A stretch of DNA of 64,000 nt, from assembly GCA_902620425.1 (NCBI GenBank), contig CACNHX010000001.1, positions 93,471-157,470 on the forward strand. The letters are read 5' to 3'. Of the stretch, positions 10,147 through 18,651 are shown one piece after another. Each line of letters begins with the position of its first letter. Position 1 is the first letter of the stretch. This DNA comes from an uncultured Alphaproteobacteria bacterium. GTDB taxonomy: Bacteria > Pseudomonadota > Alphaproteobacteria > HIMB59 > GCA-002718135. The translations under genes were made by a program, and so were the position numbers. Below the pieces are notes generated by a model that saw only the letters and a list, made by a program, of their open reading frames with translations, made no database searches and was not told the DNA's origin.

Positions 10147-10932
10147 ATGGTAAACGTAGTTATATGGAATGAATTTGTTCATGAACAAGAGGATGAACAT
10201 GTAAAATCAATTTACCCAAAGGGAATTCACGGTTGTATTAAAGAATTTTTATCTGATGATAAAAGTCTTAATATTAAAACTGCAACATTAGAAGAAGAGG
10301 ATCATGGCTTAAGTGAAGAATTATTAGATAAAACGGATGTGTTAATTTGGTGGGGTCATAAAGCGCATAAGTTGGTTGAAGATAAAATTGTCGATAGAGT
10401 TCAGCAAAGAGTTTTAGAAGGAATGGGTCTTCTAGTATTACATTCAGGACATCATTCTAAAATTTTCAAACGAATGATGGGTACAACTGCAAATATTAGA
10501 TGGGCTGAAAGAGGTGAAATGGAAAGAGTTTGGGTTTGTAACCCAGGTCATCCTATTGCAGAAGGCTTAGGAGAATATTTTGAAATTGAGATGACCGAAA
10601 TGTATGGTGAGCCTTTTCAGGTCCCTGCCCCAGATGAAACAGTTTTTGTGAGTTGGTTTGAAGGCGGAGAGGTATTTAGATCTGGTCTTTGTTACAAAAG
10701 AGGAAATGGAAAAATATTTTATTTCAGACCAGGACATGAATCTTATCCTGTTTATTATAATAAAGATGTTCAAAGAGTAATTAAAAATTCTATTCATTGG
10801 GTTTGTCCTGAAAAAACATCTGGTTTGTGGATAGACAGAATAGCAAAAGGTATTGATAACATGGAAAGAAAAGATCCTGTTCAACCAATTGAAGTAAAAG
10901 GCTATCAAGTAGATCATAATTATAAAAAATGA
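10147..10932 (+). CDS. ThuA-like (trehalose-utilisation / class-I amidotransferase-like fold) protein
   Basis: 261 aa. Strings I associate with ThuA: VLIWWGHKAH, LLVLHSGHHSKIF, FYFRPGHESYP. Confidence 0.7.
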   Translation: MVNVVIWNEFVHEQEDEHVKSIYPKGIHGCIKEFLSDDKSLNIKTATLEEEDHGLSEELLDKTDVLIWWGHKAHKLVEDKIVDRVQQRVLEGMGLLVLHSGHHSKIFKRMMGTTANIRWAERGEMERVWVCNPGHPIAEGLGEYFEIEMTEMYGEPFQVPAPDETVFVSWFEGGEVFRSGLCYKRGNGKIFYFRPGHESYPVYYNKDVQRVIKNSIHWVCPEKTSGLWIDRIAKGIDNMERKDPVQPIEVKGYQVDHNYKK

Positions 10933-11999
10933 TTAAGTTAGGAATTGTTGGTACTGGAGGGATGGCCAATGCCCATGCGACAGCATTTAAAAACATTAAA
11001 GATGTAGAAATAGTTGCAGTTTGTGATGTCATAGAAGAAAGAGTCTTAAATTTTGCTAAAGAATATAATATTGATAAAACGTTCACATCTTTTGATGAAA
11101 TGCTTGATAAGTGTGAACTTGATGCAATAAGCAATGTAACCCCTGATTCATTTCACAAAGAAATTGCGTTAAAATCTTTAAATAAAAATAAGCACATTTT
11201 TTCAGAAAAACCTTTAGCTGAAAACTATCCAGATGCAGAGGAAATGTACAAAGCATCAGCAAATACAAACTGTATTAATATGGTTAACCTGAGTTACAGA
11301 AATTCCTCTGGTTGGCAAAACTTAAGTAAAGTTTTGCATAATAATGAATTAGGTAAAGTCAGACATGTTGATGCTAGTTATTATCAATCTTGGTTAACAT
11401 GTAAGTATTGGGGTGATTGGAAAGAGGAACAAAAATGGTTATGGAGATTATCAGAAAAGCATGGCAGTAAAGGAGTTCTTGGTGATCTTGGTGTTCATAT
11501 ATTTGATTTTGCATCGTATCCAGTTGGTAATATTAAAAAAATAAATTGTCGACTTAAAACCTTTAAAGATAAGGGCGAAAAAATTGATGAATATGTTTTA
11601 GATGCTAATGACTCTTTTATCTCAATGGTAGAATTTGATAATGGTGCCATAGGAACAATAAATTCAACTAGATTTGCAACAGGTAATGTTAATAGATTAG
11701 AGTTAAAGATATATTGTGACAAAGGTGCAGTAGCTATGAAATTTGATGATCCTATAACTCAGGGAAATTACTACTCAATTTGCACTGATATAAATGCCAC
11801 CTCTCCTAATGATGAAAAAAGTTTGGATTGGGAAATTGTAAAAACTGACCCTACTCCCTCTAACTATGAAAGATTTATAACGTCAATTATTTCTGGTAAA
11901 AATGATCAACCTGATTTCAAAAGAGGTGCTGATATTCAAAAAATTTTAGATAGTTGTTTTTTAAGTTCAGAAAAAAATGAATGGATAGATCTAAGTTAA
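10929..11999 (+). CDS. Gfo/Idh/MocA-family NAD(P) oxidoreductase (ThuB-like partner)
   Basis: 356 aa. Rossmann LGIVGTGGMANAH and EKP motif FSEKPLA. ATGA 4-nt overlap with the ThuA-like gene. Confidence 0.8.
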   Translation: MIKLGIVGTGGMANAHATAFKNIKDVEIVAVCDVIEERVLNFAKEYNIDKTFTSFDEMLDKCELDAISNVTPDSFHKEIALKSLNKNKHIFSEKPLAENYPDAEEMYKASANTNCINMVNLSYRNSSGWQNLSKVLHNNELGKVRHVDASYYQSWLTCKYWGDWKEEQKWLWRLSEKHGSKGVLGDLGVHIFDFASYPVGNIKKINCRLKTFKDKGEKIDEYVLDANDSFISMVEFDNGAIGTINSTRFATGNVNRLELKIYCDKGAVAMKFDDPITQGNYYSICTDINATSPNDEKSLDWEIVKTDPTPSNYERFITSIISGKNDQPDFKRGADIQKILDSCFLSSEKNEWIDLS

Positions 12000-12002
12000 A
12001 TA

Positions 12003-13223
12003 CTATCCTTTAATTCCTCCTGCAGTTAAGCCTCCAGTTAAGTATCTTTCAGCCCATAAAAAAACTGCTATTACAGGTACGGTTGCAATAACTGAACCAG
12101 CCATCAAATGCTGTCTTGGCACCTCTGTTCCATCTAATTGTTCTAAACCTCTTGGAAGTGTAAATATAGCTGGAGTATCTAAAAACATATATGCAAATAA
12201 ATATTCATTCCACGCTACCATAAAAATAAATAGAGAAACTGAAGCTATTGCTGGAAGTGATAAAGGTAAAGTAATTTTTAATATAACCCCAGTTCTTGAT
12301 AACCCATCAACTAAACCAGCTTCTTCCAGTTCTTGTGGTATTGTTTGAAAATATCCCTGTAACATATAAATTGCCACGGGAATAGTAACAGCAGGATAAA
12401 CAATTATTAGTCCAAATAAAGAATCTCTTAAGTTTATAAAAGTAAAAAATGAATACAAAGGGATTAACAATGTAATCATAGGAATTAAATAAATTAATAA
12501 TATTGAGTTAATCATTAATAGTTTTCCTGGAAAATTAAATCTTGCAACTGCATAAGCACCCGGTATTGCAAAAATTAAAGCAATAAAAATTGAAGATAAA
12601 GAAACTATTAATGAATTGAGTAAGTAATAACCAAATCCCCAATCAGTAAATAGTTCGATATAGCTTCTAAACATATTTAATCCTCGTGTAATATCAATTG
12701 ATAGATCAAGAGGATTAAGAATTAATAACTGATGAGTTTTTAAGCTCATCAAAATCATTACATAAAATGGAAATAATACAATTGTTAAGAAGAAAGTAAA
12801 ACCAAAACCTTTTAAAACCCTAAGAAATAAAATTTCTAAAAATAATCTATTAAAAGACATTTTATTGATTCCAGATAGACAAATAATATTGCCTATTAAT
12901 ATTATAAATGATTGGATTAATAAAAATAATATCTGCAAAAAACTATTTTCATTTATATTTAAACCATAAGGAGAAAGGCCTGTAAAAATCAAGATCAATA
13001 TAAAAGTTAAAATAAATAAACTAATATAAATTTGTAGGCTTTTTCTATCATAAAAAACAATCAATAATGTGATTATTGAAGATGAAATAATGTAAGAAAA
13101 ATAATTAAATTGAATTGTACTACCAATAAGAAGAATAAAAAATACTCCTAAAACAATATTACTGATTAACCCCCAAAATGAACTAATTATTAAAGAAATT
13201 AAAATTTTTTGACTATTGTTCAT
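12003..13223 (-). CDS. CUT1 sugar ABC permease (MalG-type) with an extra N-terminal multi-helix extension
   Basis: 406 aa. The C-terminal ~280 aa is a standard MalG-type TMD (EAA loop ELEEAGLVDGLSRTGVILKITLP, C-terminus GGLTAGGIKG). The first ~125 aa add about 4 hydrophobic helices. Confidence 0.8.
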   Translation of the reverse strand: MNNSQKILISLIISSFWGLISNIVLGVFFILLIGSTIQFNYFSYIISSSIITLLIVFYDRKSLQIYISLFILTFILILIFTGLSPYGLNINENSFLQILFLLIQSFIILIGNIICLSGINKMSFNRLFLEILFLRVLKGFGFTFFLTIVLFPFYVMILMSLKTHQLLILNPLDLSIDITRGLNMFRSYIELFTDWGFGYYLLNSLIVSLSSIFIALIFAIPGAYAVARFNFPGKLLMINSILLIYLIPMITLLIPLYSFFTFINLRDSLFGLIIVYPAVTIPVAIYMLQGYFQTIPQELEEAGLVDGLSRTGVILKITLPLSLPAIASVSLFIFMVAWNEYLFAYMFLDTPAIFTLPRGLEQLDGTEVPRQHLMAGSVIATVPVIAVFLWAERYLTGGLTAGGIKG

Positions 13224-13225
13224 TC

Positions 13226-14500
13226 TTATTCTTTCGGTGAAAATCTTATTATAAATATTGCAGCAAAAACTAATATTAAGAAAACTAATACTGCATTTGC
13301 CGCTCCAGTTCCTAAATTACCAATATTAAAACCTGTTTCATAAACATCTACAGTTAAAGTTTTAGTTCCAGCGGCACCTCCAGTTAATAAAAAAATGTCA
13401 TCAAATTTATTAAATGTCCAAATAAATCTTAGAAGAAACAAAACAAATAACACTCCTAGAATTAAGGGCCAAGTAATACTTCTAAATTTTTGCAAAGGTG
13501 TAGCACCATCAATTTCAGCAGCTTCAAAAAGTTCTTTTGGAACAGATTGTAATCTTGCTAAGATAAAAATCATCGCTAAAGGAAAATATCTCCAAGACTC
13601 AAATAAAATAACAAATGATAAAGCAACTGGGAAACTAAATTCAAAACCTAGGAAATTAATTGTCATATCTCTTACTTGTAAGAAACTAATAGGTTCATTT
13701 AAAATTTGTAATTGCGTAAGAATTCCATTGATTGTTCCAAAAAAAGGATCAGTTAAAATTTTCCAAGTAATAGTAACGGCTATAATTGGTGCAATATATG
13801 GAAATAAAAAAATACCTCGTATTATACCTCTGCCAATAAAGGTGGTCATAAGTAGTTGTGCAGCTAAAATACCAAGTGTTAACGATCCAATTGCAGAGAA
13901 TAAAGAATACGCAAAACTTATTCTAATTGTTTTCCAAAAGTTTGGTGAAGTAAATATTTCTTCAAAATTTTTTAATTTTAATTCAAGGTTTAATAATCTA
14001 TTTTCTGATTTTCCTTTAACAATTGGTGAAGTATCTTTTGGATTTTCCTGACTAATAAAATAATCATTCTCTGCGATTGTTTCAAATTTTATTTTCTTTT
14101 TTTCTTTTGGTTTAAAATCACCTAATTGACAGTTTATTATATTATCTGAGATAGAACAGTTATTAGGTAATTCTTTAATTACTAAACCTTTAGGTAAAAT
14201 ATCTTTGAAGTTTACATTTTTTATATTTGAACTTTTTGAAAAATTATTAAATCGATACTCTACTTTAGAAATATCTCCTTTTGTTTTTGGTTTTTTTTGA
14301 AATTTTTCGGTTACTTTTATTTCAGCTATTCTTAAATCAGATACAGTAACATCCTTAAAACTTATCCAAAAATTAGCAATAAGTGGAAATAATACAATAG
14401 CCATAACAATGGCCACAGTTGGGACAAGCATTGTATAGGCTTGTACTACTCCTTGTTTTTCAATGGGCCCCATTCTTTTTTTATAAGAACTGGAGCCCAT
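13226..14500 (-). CDS. CUT1 sugar ABC permease (MalF-type) with a ~130-aa hydrophilic insertion after TM1
   Basis: 424 aa. EAA loop ELFEAAEIDGATPLQKFRSITWP. The insertion spans roughly residues 55-185. The start could instead be the second Met (nt 14473). Confidence 0.8.
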   Translation of the reverse strand: MGSSSYKKRMGPIEKQGVVQAYTMLVPTVAIVMAIVLFPLIANFWISFKDVTVSDLRIAEIKVTEKFQKKPKTKGDISKVEYRFNNFSKSSNIKNVNFKDILPKGLVIKELPNNCSISDNIINCQLGDFKPKEKKKIKFETIAENDYFISQENPKDTSPIVKGKSENRLLNLELKLKNFEEIFTSPNFWKTIRISFAYSLFSAIGSLTLGILAAQLLMTTFIGRGIIRGIFLFPYIAPIIAVTITWKILTDPFFGTINGILTQLQILNEPISFLQVRDMTINFLGFEFSFPVALSFVILFESWRYFPLAMIFILARLQSVPKELFEAAEIDGATPLQKFRSITWPLILGVLFVLFLLRFIWTFNKFDDIFLLTGGAAGTKTLTVDVYETGFNIGNLGTGAANAVLVFLILVFAAIFIIRFSPKE

Positions 14501-14519
14501 TAAGATTAATTAATATAAA

Positions 14520-15860
14520 TTACAGTTTTGCTGCTTCTGAATTTAGCATATCAACAGTATCTTCCGCAGAACGATCGCCGTTAATATATTCCATCATCAG
14601 CCTATTCATTAATCCACTATTTACTAACTTAGCCGCAACAGGAAGTTGGCCTTCTTTAGCACCCCATCTTGTACCAACAGCTAATCCATTAATAAGTGAT
14701 TCAATAATTTCTTCTGAATAAATTTGGTTAATTGGAATTTTTCTATCTACTCCAATTGGCAAATTACCCCATTCTTCAATAAAGATTTTTGAACCAGCAT
14801 TAGGCCCTGGTCTAATAGGGAAACTACCTTCAGGAGCCATTCCTAACCAAGTAACATACTCTTCGTTCATAACATATTCAATGAATGCTGCTGCTTCATC
14901 AGTATTTGCATCAACAGTTACACCAAAGTTGTGAACTTCAACCCATGTTCCACCATCTGGATTAGAAGGACCAGCCATTCCTACTATAACATTAGTATCT
15001 TGTGCTAATGCTAGAGATTGTGGATTGTCATCTACCATAATTGGAACATTGTCTCTTGTACCTGCAATATCATCTAAAAGATATGAAGCCCAAAAAGTTA
15101 ATGGAACAACATCACTTGCGTAAAAGTCTCTACCATTTTGCCAGTGATGAATACCCTCAGGTGACATCCCAACTAAAGCTTTGTAAGTTTCTAACATTTC
15201 GATAGTTTTTTTCTTATCAAAGTTAATAGATCCATCTTCCTTTACTGGGTGTAATCCATTAGCAATAGCAAATGTTTCCATCCATTGACTCATAAAACCA
15301 GCTGCAACATCAGTTGGAACAATAGCTCCGTAACGATTTGGTGGATTATGAAGAGCTTTAGCTCCAGCTAAAATATTTGCATAATTAGTTGGTGTAGCTA
15401 AACCATTATCATTATAATAGCTCATACGATAGTAAGTAGCATTTGGCCATGCACCTGAAGGTACAGAAGCATATACTCCTGGCTCAACCTCTGACATAGC
15501 TAATACACCTTTTGCACTATATGTATCAATTCCTAATGAATTAACAATTTCTGTTGCAGCATCTGAATCGAATACTCCTTCATCATAAGCCCAAGCACAA
15601 AAATTAACGCATGCAGCATTAAAAATTACGTCAGGTAAACTGTTAGCAGCAAAAGCAGCAGACGCCTTTTCAATTAATTCGTCTTCTTCCTGAGGAACTA
15701 ATTTAACTTCAATTCCCGTTTTTGCTGTAAATCTTGCAATTAATTCTTCTTGAATTTGCATTCTTCCAGGTTGTGTTTCAGTAGTCCATAATGTCATACT
15801 GAAAACAGAATTAGAAAATAACAAAATAGAAGAAATAAAAGTAAATAGTATTTTTTTCAT
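14520..15860 (-). CDS. Family-1 extracellular solute-binding protein (CUT1 sugar ABC)
   Basis: 446 aa. Signal peptide MKKILFTFISSILLFSNSVFS. AGGAGG SD (complement of 15868-15873) lies 7 nt before the ATG. Confidence 0.8.
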   Translation of the reverse strand: MKKILFTFISSILLFSNSVFSMTLWTTETQPGRMQIQEELIARFTAKTGIEVKLVPQEEDELIEKASAAFAANSLPDVIFNAACVNFCAWAYDEGVFDSDAATEIVNSLGIDTYSAKGVLAMSEVEPGVYASVPSGAWPNATYYRMSYYNDNGLATPTNYANILAGAKALHNPPNRYGAIVPTDVAAGFMSQWMETFAIANGLHPVKEDGSINFDKKKTIEMLETYKALVGMSPEGIHHWQNGRDFYASDVVPLTFWASYLLDDIAGTRDNVPIMVDDNPQSLALAQDTNVIVGMAGPSNPDGGTWVEVHNFGVTVDANTDEAAAFIEYVMNEEYVTWLGMAPEGSFPIRPGPNAGSKIFIEEWGNLPIGVDRKIPINQIYSEEIIESLINGLAVGTRWGAKEGQLPVAAKLVNSGLMNRLMMEYINGDRSAEDTVDMLNSEAAKL

Positions 15861-15941
15861 ACTTAACCCTCCTAAAATAAGGAAAATTAATCACAAAAAA
15901 TACTAAATTAAAATACTAATTTTTAAGGATATTTAATTATA

Positions 15942-16766
15942 TTAAGTAAGTAATTTAGCGCTTTTTTTAAATTTTTGAAGCTCACTATTATTTATCTTTA
16001 CTATATTTCGAGATGTGACAAATTTAGTTGATTTAGCCATTTTATTAAATTTATTCACAGCCTTAACTTTTTCTCTGTAAATCTTGTCTCTTAATTTATA
16101 AATTTTAGCCAAACTAAAAGCGTGTCTTGGTATTTCTTCATTCTCACCACAAATATCATCCATAAACAAATAATTTACATCACCGTAGTTTCCCGATCCT
16201 AAAGATACTGTTATTAAATTCACATTTTCAGAAATAAATTTTAGTGTTTGATCTGCAATCACCTCTGCTTCAACAGCAAATGCTCCAGCACTTTCCATCG
16301 TTTTAAATTCTTCAAATAATTTTAAAGCCTCCGATGCAGTTTTTCCTACTCCTCTAAGTCCGCCAATCCAAATTGATTTTCTTGGCACCAAGCCTAAATG
16401 AGCCATTACTGGAATTGACTCTTTTGATAAATATTCAACTACTCTTGGTGATCTTGCCGTATAGATTGCATCAGCACCATTATTTAGAGCTTCTAAAGAT
16501 GCCTTAAGAATTTCATCATTTGTTTTAAATTCAGTGAATGGTATGGCGACCGTAATAAAATTATTTTTTGCAATTGATCTCACTTTTTTAATCGAAGCAA
16601 GACCTGTAATTAATAAATCGACTTTAGCGTCAACAGCAATATTTGCCTCCTCTTCATTTTTTACATTTATTTGGGAAAGTTTTTTTTTACCTTTATTATC
16701 AAAAAGATCTTTGATGGTATAATTTCTATAACTAAGATTTCCTGCAAAGTTATAAATTTTTTTCAT
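15942..16766 (-). CDS. PanB-like (ketopantoate hydroxymethyltransferase fold) protein, divergent
   Basis: 274 aa. PVMAHLGLVPRKSIWIGGLRGVGK and AGAFAVEAEVI align to the PanB GHLGLTPQS...GGYKVQGR and LECVP regions. The PanB GDSLG, DxPF and KxEGG motifs are not recognisable. Confidence 0.5.
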   Translation of the reverse strand: MKKIYNFAGNLSYRNYTIKDLFDNKGKKKLSQINVKNEEEANIAVDAKVDLLITGLASIKKVRSIAKNNFITVAIPFTEFKTNDEILKASLEALNNGADAIYTARSPRVVEYLSKESIPVMAHLGLVPRKSIWIGGLRGVGKTASEALKLFEEFKTMESAGAFAVEAEVIADQTLKFISENVNLITVSLGSGNYGDVNYLFMDDICGENEEIPRHAFSLAKIYKLRDKIYREKVKAVNKFNKMAKSTKFVTSRNIVKINNSELQKFKKSAKLLT

Positions 16767-16768
16767 CT

Positions 16769-17491
16769 TTACATCAAATATGCTCTTCCTCTTTGAATAC
16801 CATTGAAAGGATCAATGATATTTTCAGAAGAGTATTGAGATAAATATGCTTTGCGATTTTTTTTTGTAATATTGGCACTAGATGAATGAGGCGTTAAGCT
16901 TGAAAAGATTATCAATGTTCCTGCACTAACACAAAGCTGAATTGCATTTTTTTCATTAACTTTTATTCCTAAATCTTTTGATTTATTTTGCCATTTATGT
17001 GATTTTGCATTTTTTGTTTTTTTTAAATTTGTAGGAATAATACTCAAAGCTCCATTTTTTTCATTTGTATCGGTTAGAGCAAGCCAAACAGATATATAAG
17101 GTTTATGTCTGAAATGAATATAACCTGAATCTTGGTGCCAACTGAATGAGCTTGGTGTATTTGGACTCTTATTTACCAGTTGTTCATTAAATAAAAAAAT
17201 TTTTTTTCCTAAAAGCTTTGAGACGATATTTTTTATAAACTTTCCCTTTGCGTATGCATTTATGTGTGGATAATATTCACACTGGTTACCAAAAAATATC
17301 TTTCCATTTTTACTAATATCACCATGCTTTTTTCTTTCATTATTATTTGATTGTTTTCTATTAACACCTTTTTTAAAATCATTTATCATTTGATCTGCAT
17401 TTTTATTAAGTTTAATTAAAGTCGACTTAGGAACAATGTTTGGTAAAACGAGATATCCATTTAGTTCAAAATGTGTTTTATCTATATTCAT
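16769..17491 (-). CDS. PhyH-family Fe(II)/2-oxoglutarate dioxygenase
   Basis: 240 aa. N-terminal FELNGYLVLPN, facial-triad H-x-D in SFSWHQDSGY, distal His in LTPHSSSAN followed by Arg (NRKAY). Confidence 0.7.
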   Translation of the reverse strand: MNIDKTHFELNGYLVLPNIVPKSTLIKLNKNADQMINDFKKGVNRKQSNNNERKKHGDISKNGKIFFGNQCEYYPHINAYAKGKFIKNIVSKLLGKKIFLFNEQLVNKSPNTPSSFSWHQDSGYIHFRHKPYISVWLALTDTNEKNGALSIIPTNLKKTKNAKSHKWQNKSKDLGIKVNEKNAIQLCVSAGTLIIFSSLTPHSSSANITKKNRKAYLSQYSSENIIDPFNGIQRGRAYLM

Positions 17492-17595
17492 AATGGTTTG
17501 TTAATATCGTATCTAAAAAGACAAAAAAATCAATAAATTTGGAAAATTGATATTAGATCTAAAAATTTTATTTTTCATTTAATTTCTTCATTGTG

Positions 17596-17617
17596 ACAAA
17601 AAATAGCTATTTTTTGT
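17596..17617. promoter_or_regulatory. Perfect 22-bp palindrome (candidate operator) in a divergent promoter region
   Basis: acaaaaaatagctattttttgt equals its own reverse complement. It lies 36 nt upstream of the 17653 start and about 105 nt upstream of the divergent 17491 start. Confidence 0.3.
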
Positions 17618-17652
17618 ATTAAAATATTCTCATATTAATAGTATAAATAGGC

Positions 17653-18651
17653 ATGGTGGATAAACTTGATAATGTCGATGACAAGTGGTTTAGGGCTGAA
17701 TTAAGTAAAAAAGATCTAAAACAATTATCAAAAAAAAGTGATTTAAAAGGTTTACAACACGTAAGTCTATATTTCATTCTTTTATTTTTCTTTGGTTACA
17801 TGTCAGTAACAACATGGGGGACTTGGTGGACAGTCTTATGGCTATGGCTTTATGGTGTTCTTTTTTATTCTAGTAATCCAATCTGGCATGAGTGCGGTCA
17901 TAGAACGGCGTTTAAGTCGAAGTATTTAAATGAAATTTTTTACCAAATTGGCTCTTTTATGACTGACTTTGAACCAACAAGGTGGACATGGAGTCATTTC
18001 AGACATCATAGCAATACGTCCTCAGTGAGTGATCCTCATGATTTCGAAGCTGCTTTATTCCATCAATATCCAAGTTTAAGAAGTTTTCTATTTAGCTTTA
18101 TCCCATTCTACGAGTTAATATATTTTAAACATTCATTTAAGTATGAAATAATAAAACATGCATTAGGATTTACAACTCCTGTAATGAGAGATTGTATACC
18201 TCAAAATGAAATAGCAAAATGCCGTCTCATTTCTAGAATACATGTATTATTGTGGGTTTCATCTTTTGCTTTATCTTTCTATCTAATGAATCCTCTTCCT
18301 GCACTATTAATTTTCTTCCCTAGATACTGGGGTAACATCATTAATATATTTAATATGACGCAGCACTTAGGACTTCCAGAAGATGTAAAGGATCATAGAT
18401 ACACAACAAGATCAGTACGATTTAATCCTATATTTAGCTTTTTGTATTGGCATATGGAATATCACGTTGAACATCATATGTTCCCTTCTGTTCCCTCTTA
18501 TAATTTACCAAAACTAAGTAATTTAATAAAAGATCAACTACCTAAAGCTAACACTAGCTTATATGATGCTTATAAAGAAATAATTCCTGCCATAATTAAA
18601 CAACATAAAGATAATAATTACTTTATTCAAAAAGAAGTACCAAATACATAA
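17653..18651 (+). CDS. Membrane di-iron fatty-acid-desaturase-family protein (paralog 2)
   Basis: 332 aa. His boxes HECGH, HFRHH and HVEHH. Shares the N-terminal WFRA..L..LSK.SD motif with paralog 1. Confidence 0.75.
   Translation: MVDKLDNVDDKWFRAELSKKDLKQLSKKSDLKGLQHVSLYFILLFFFGYMSVTTWGTWWTVLWLWLYGVLFYSSNPIWHECGHRTAFKSKYLNEIFYQIGSFMTDFEPTRWTWSHFRHHSNTSSVSDPHDFEAALFHQYPSLRSFLFSFIPFYELIYFKHSFKYEIIKHALGFTTPVMRDCIPQNEIAKCRLISRIHVLLWVSSFALSFYLMNPLPALLIFFPRYWGNIINIFNMTQHLGLPEDVKDHRYTTRSVRFNPIFSFLYWHMEYHVEHHMFPSVPSYNLPKLSNLIKDQLPKANTSLYDAYKEIIPAIIKQHKDNNYFIQKEVPNT

Noticed and set aside
13395-14051. A 218-aa plus-strand ORF antisense to the MalF-type permease gene.
   Set aside because: It is entirely nested in a gene with clear ABC-permease motifs. 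Its translation is low-complexity (K/I/N/S-rich) with no recognisable motif, no SD and no independent context. This is a typical shadow ORF of an AT-rich genome.
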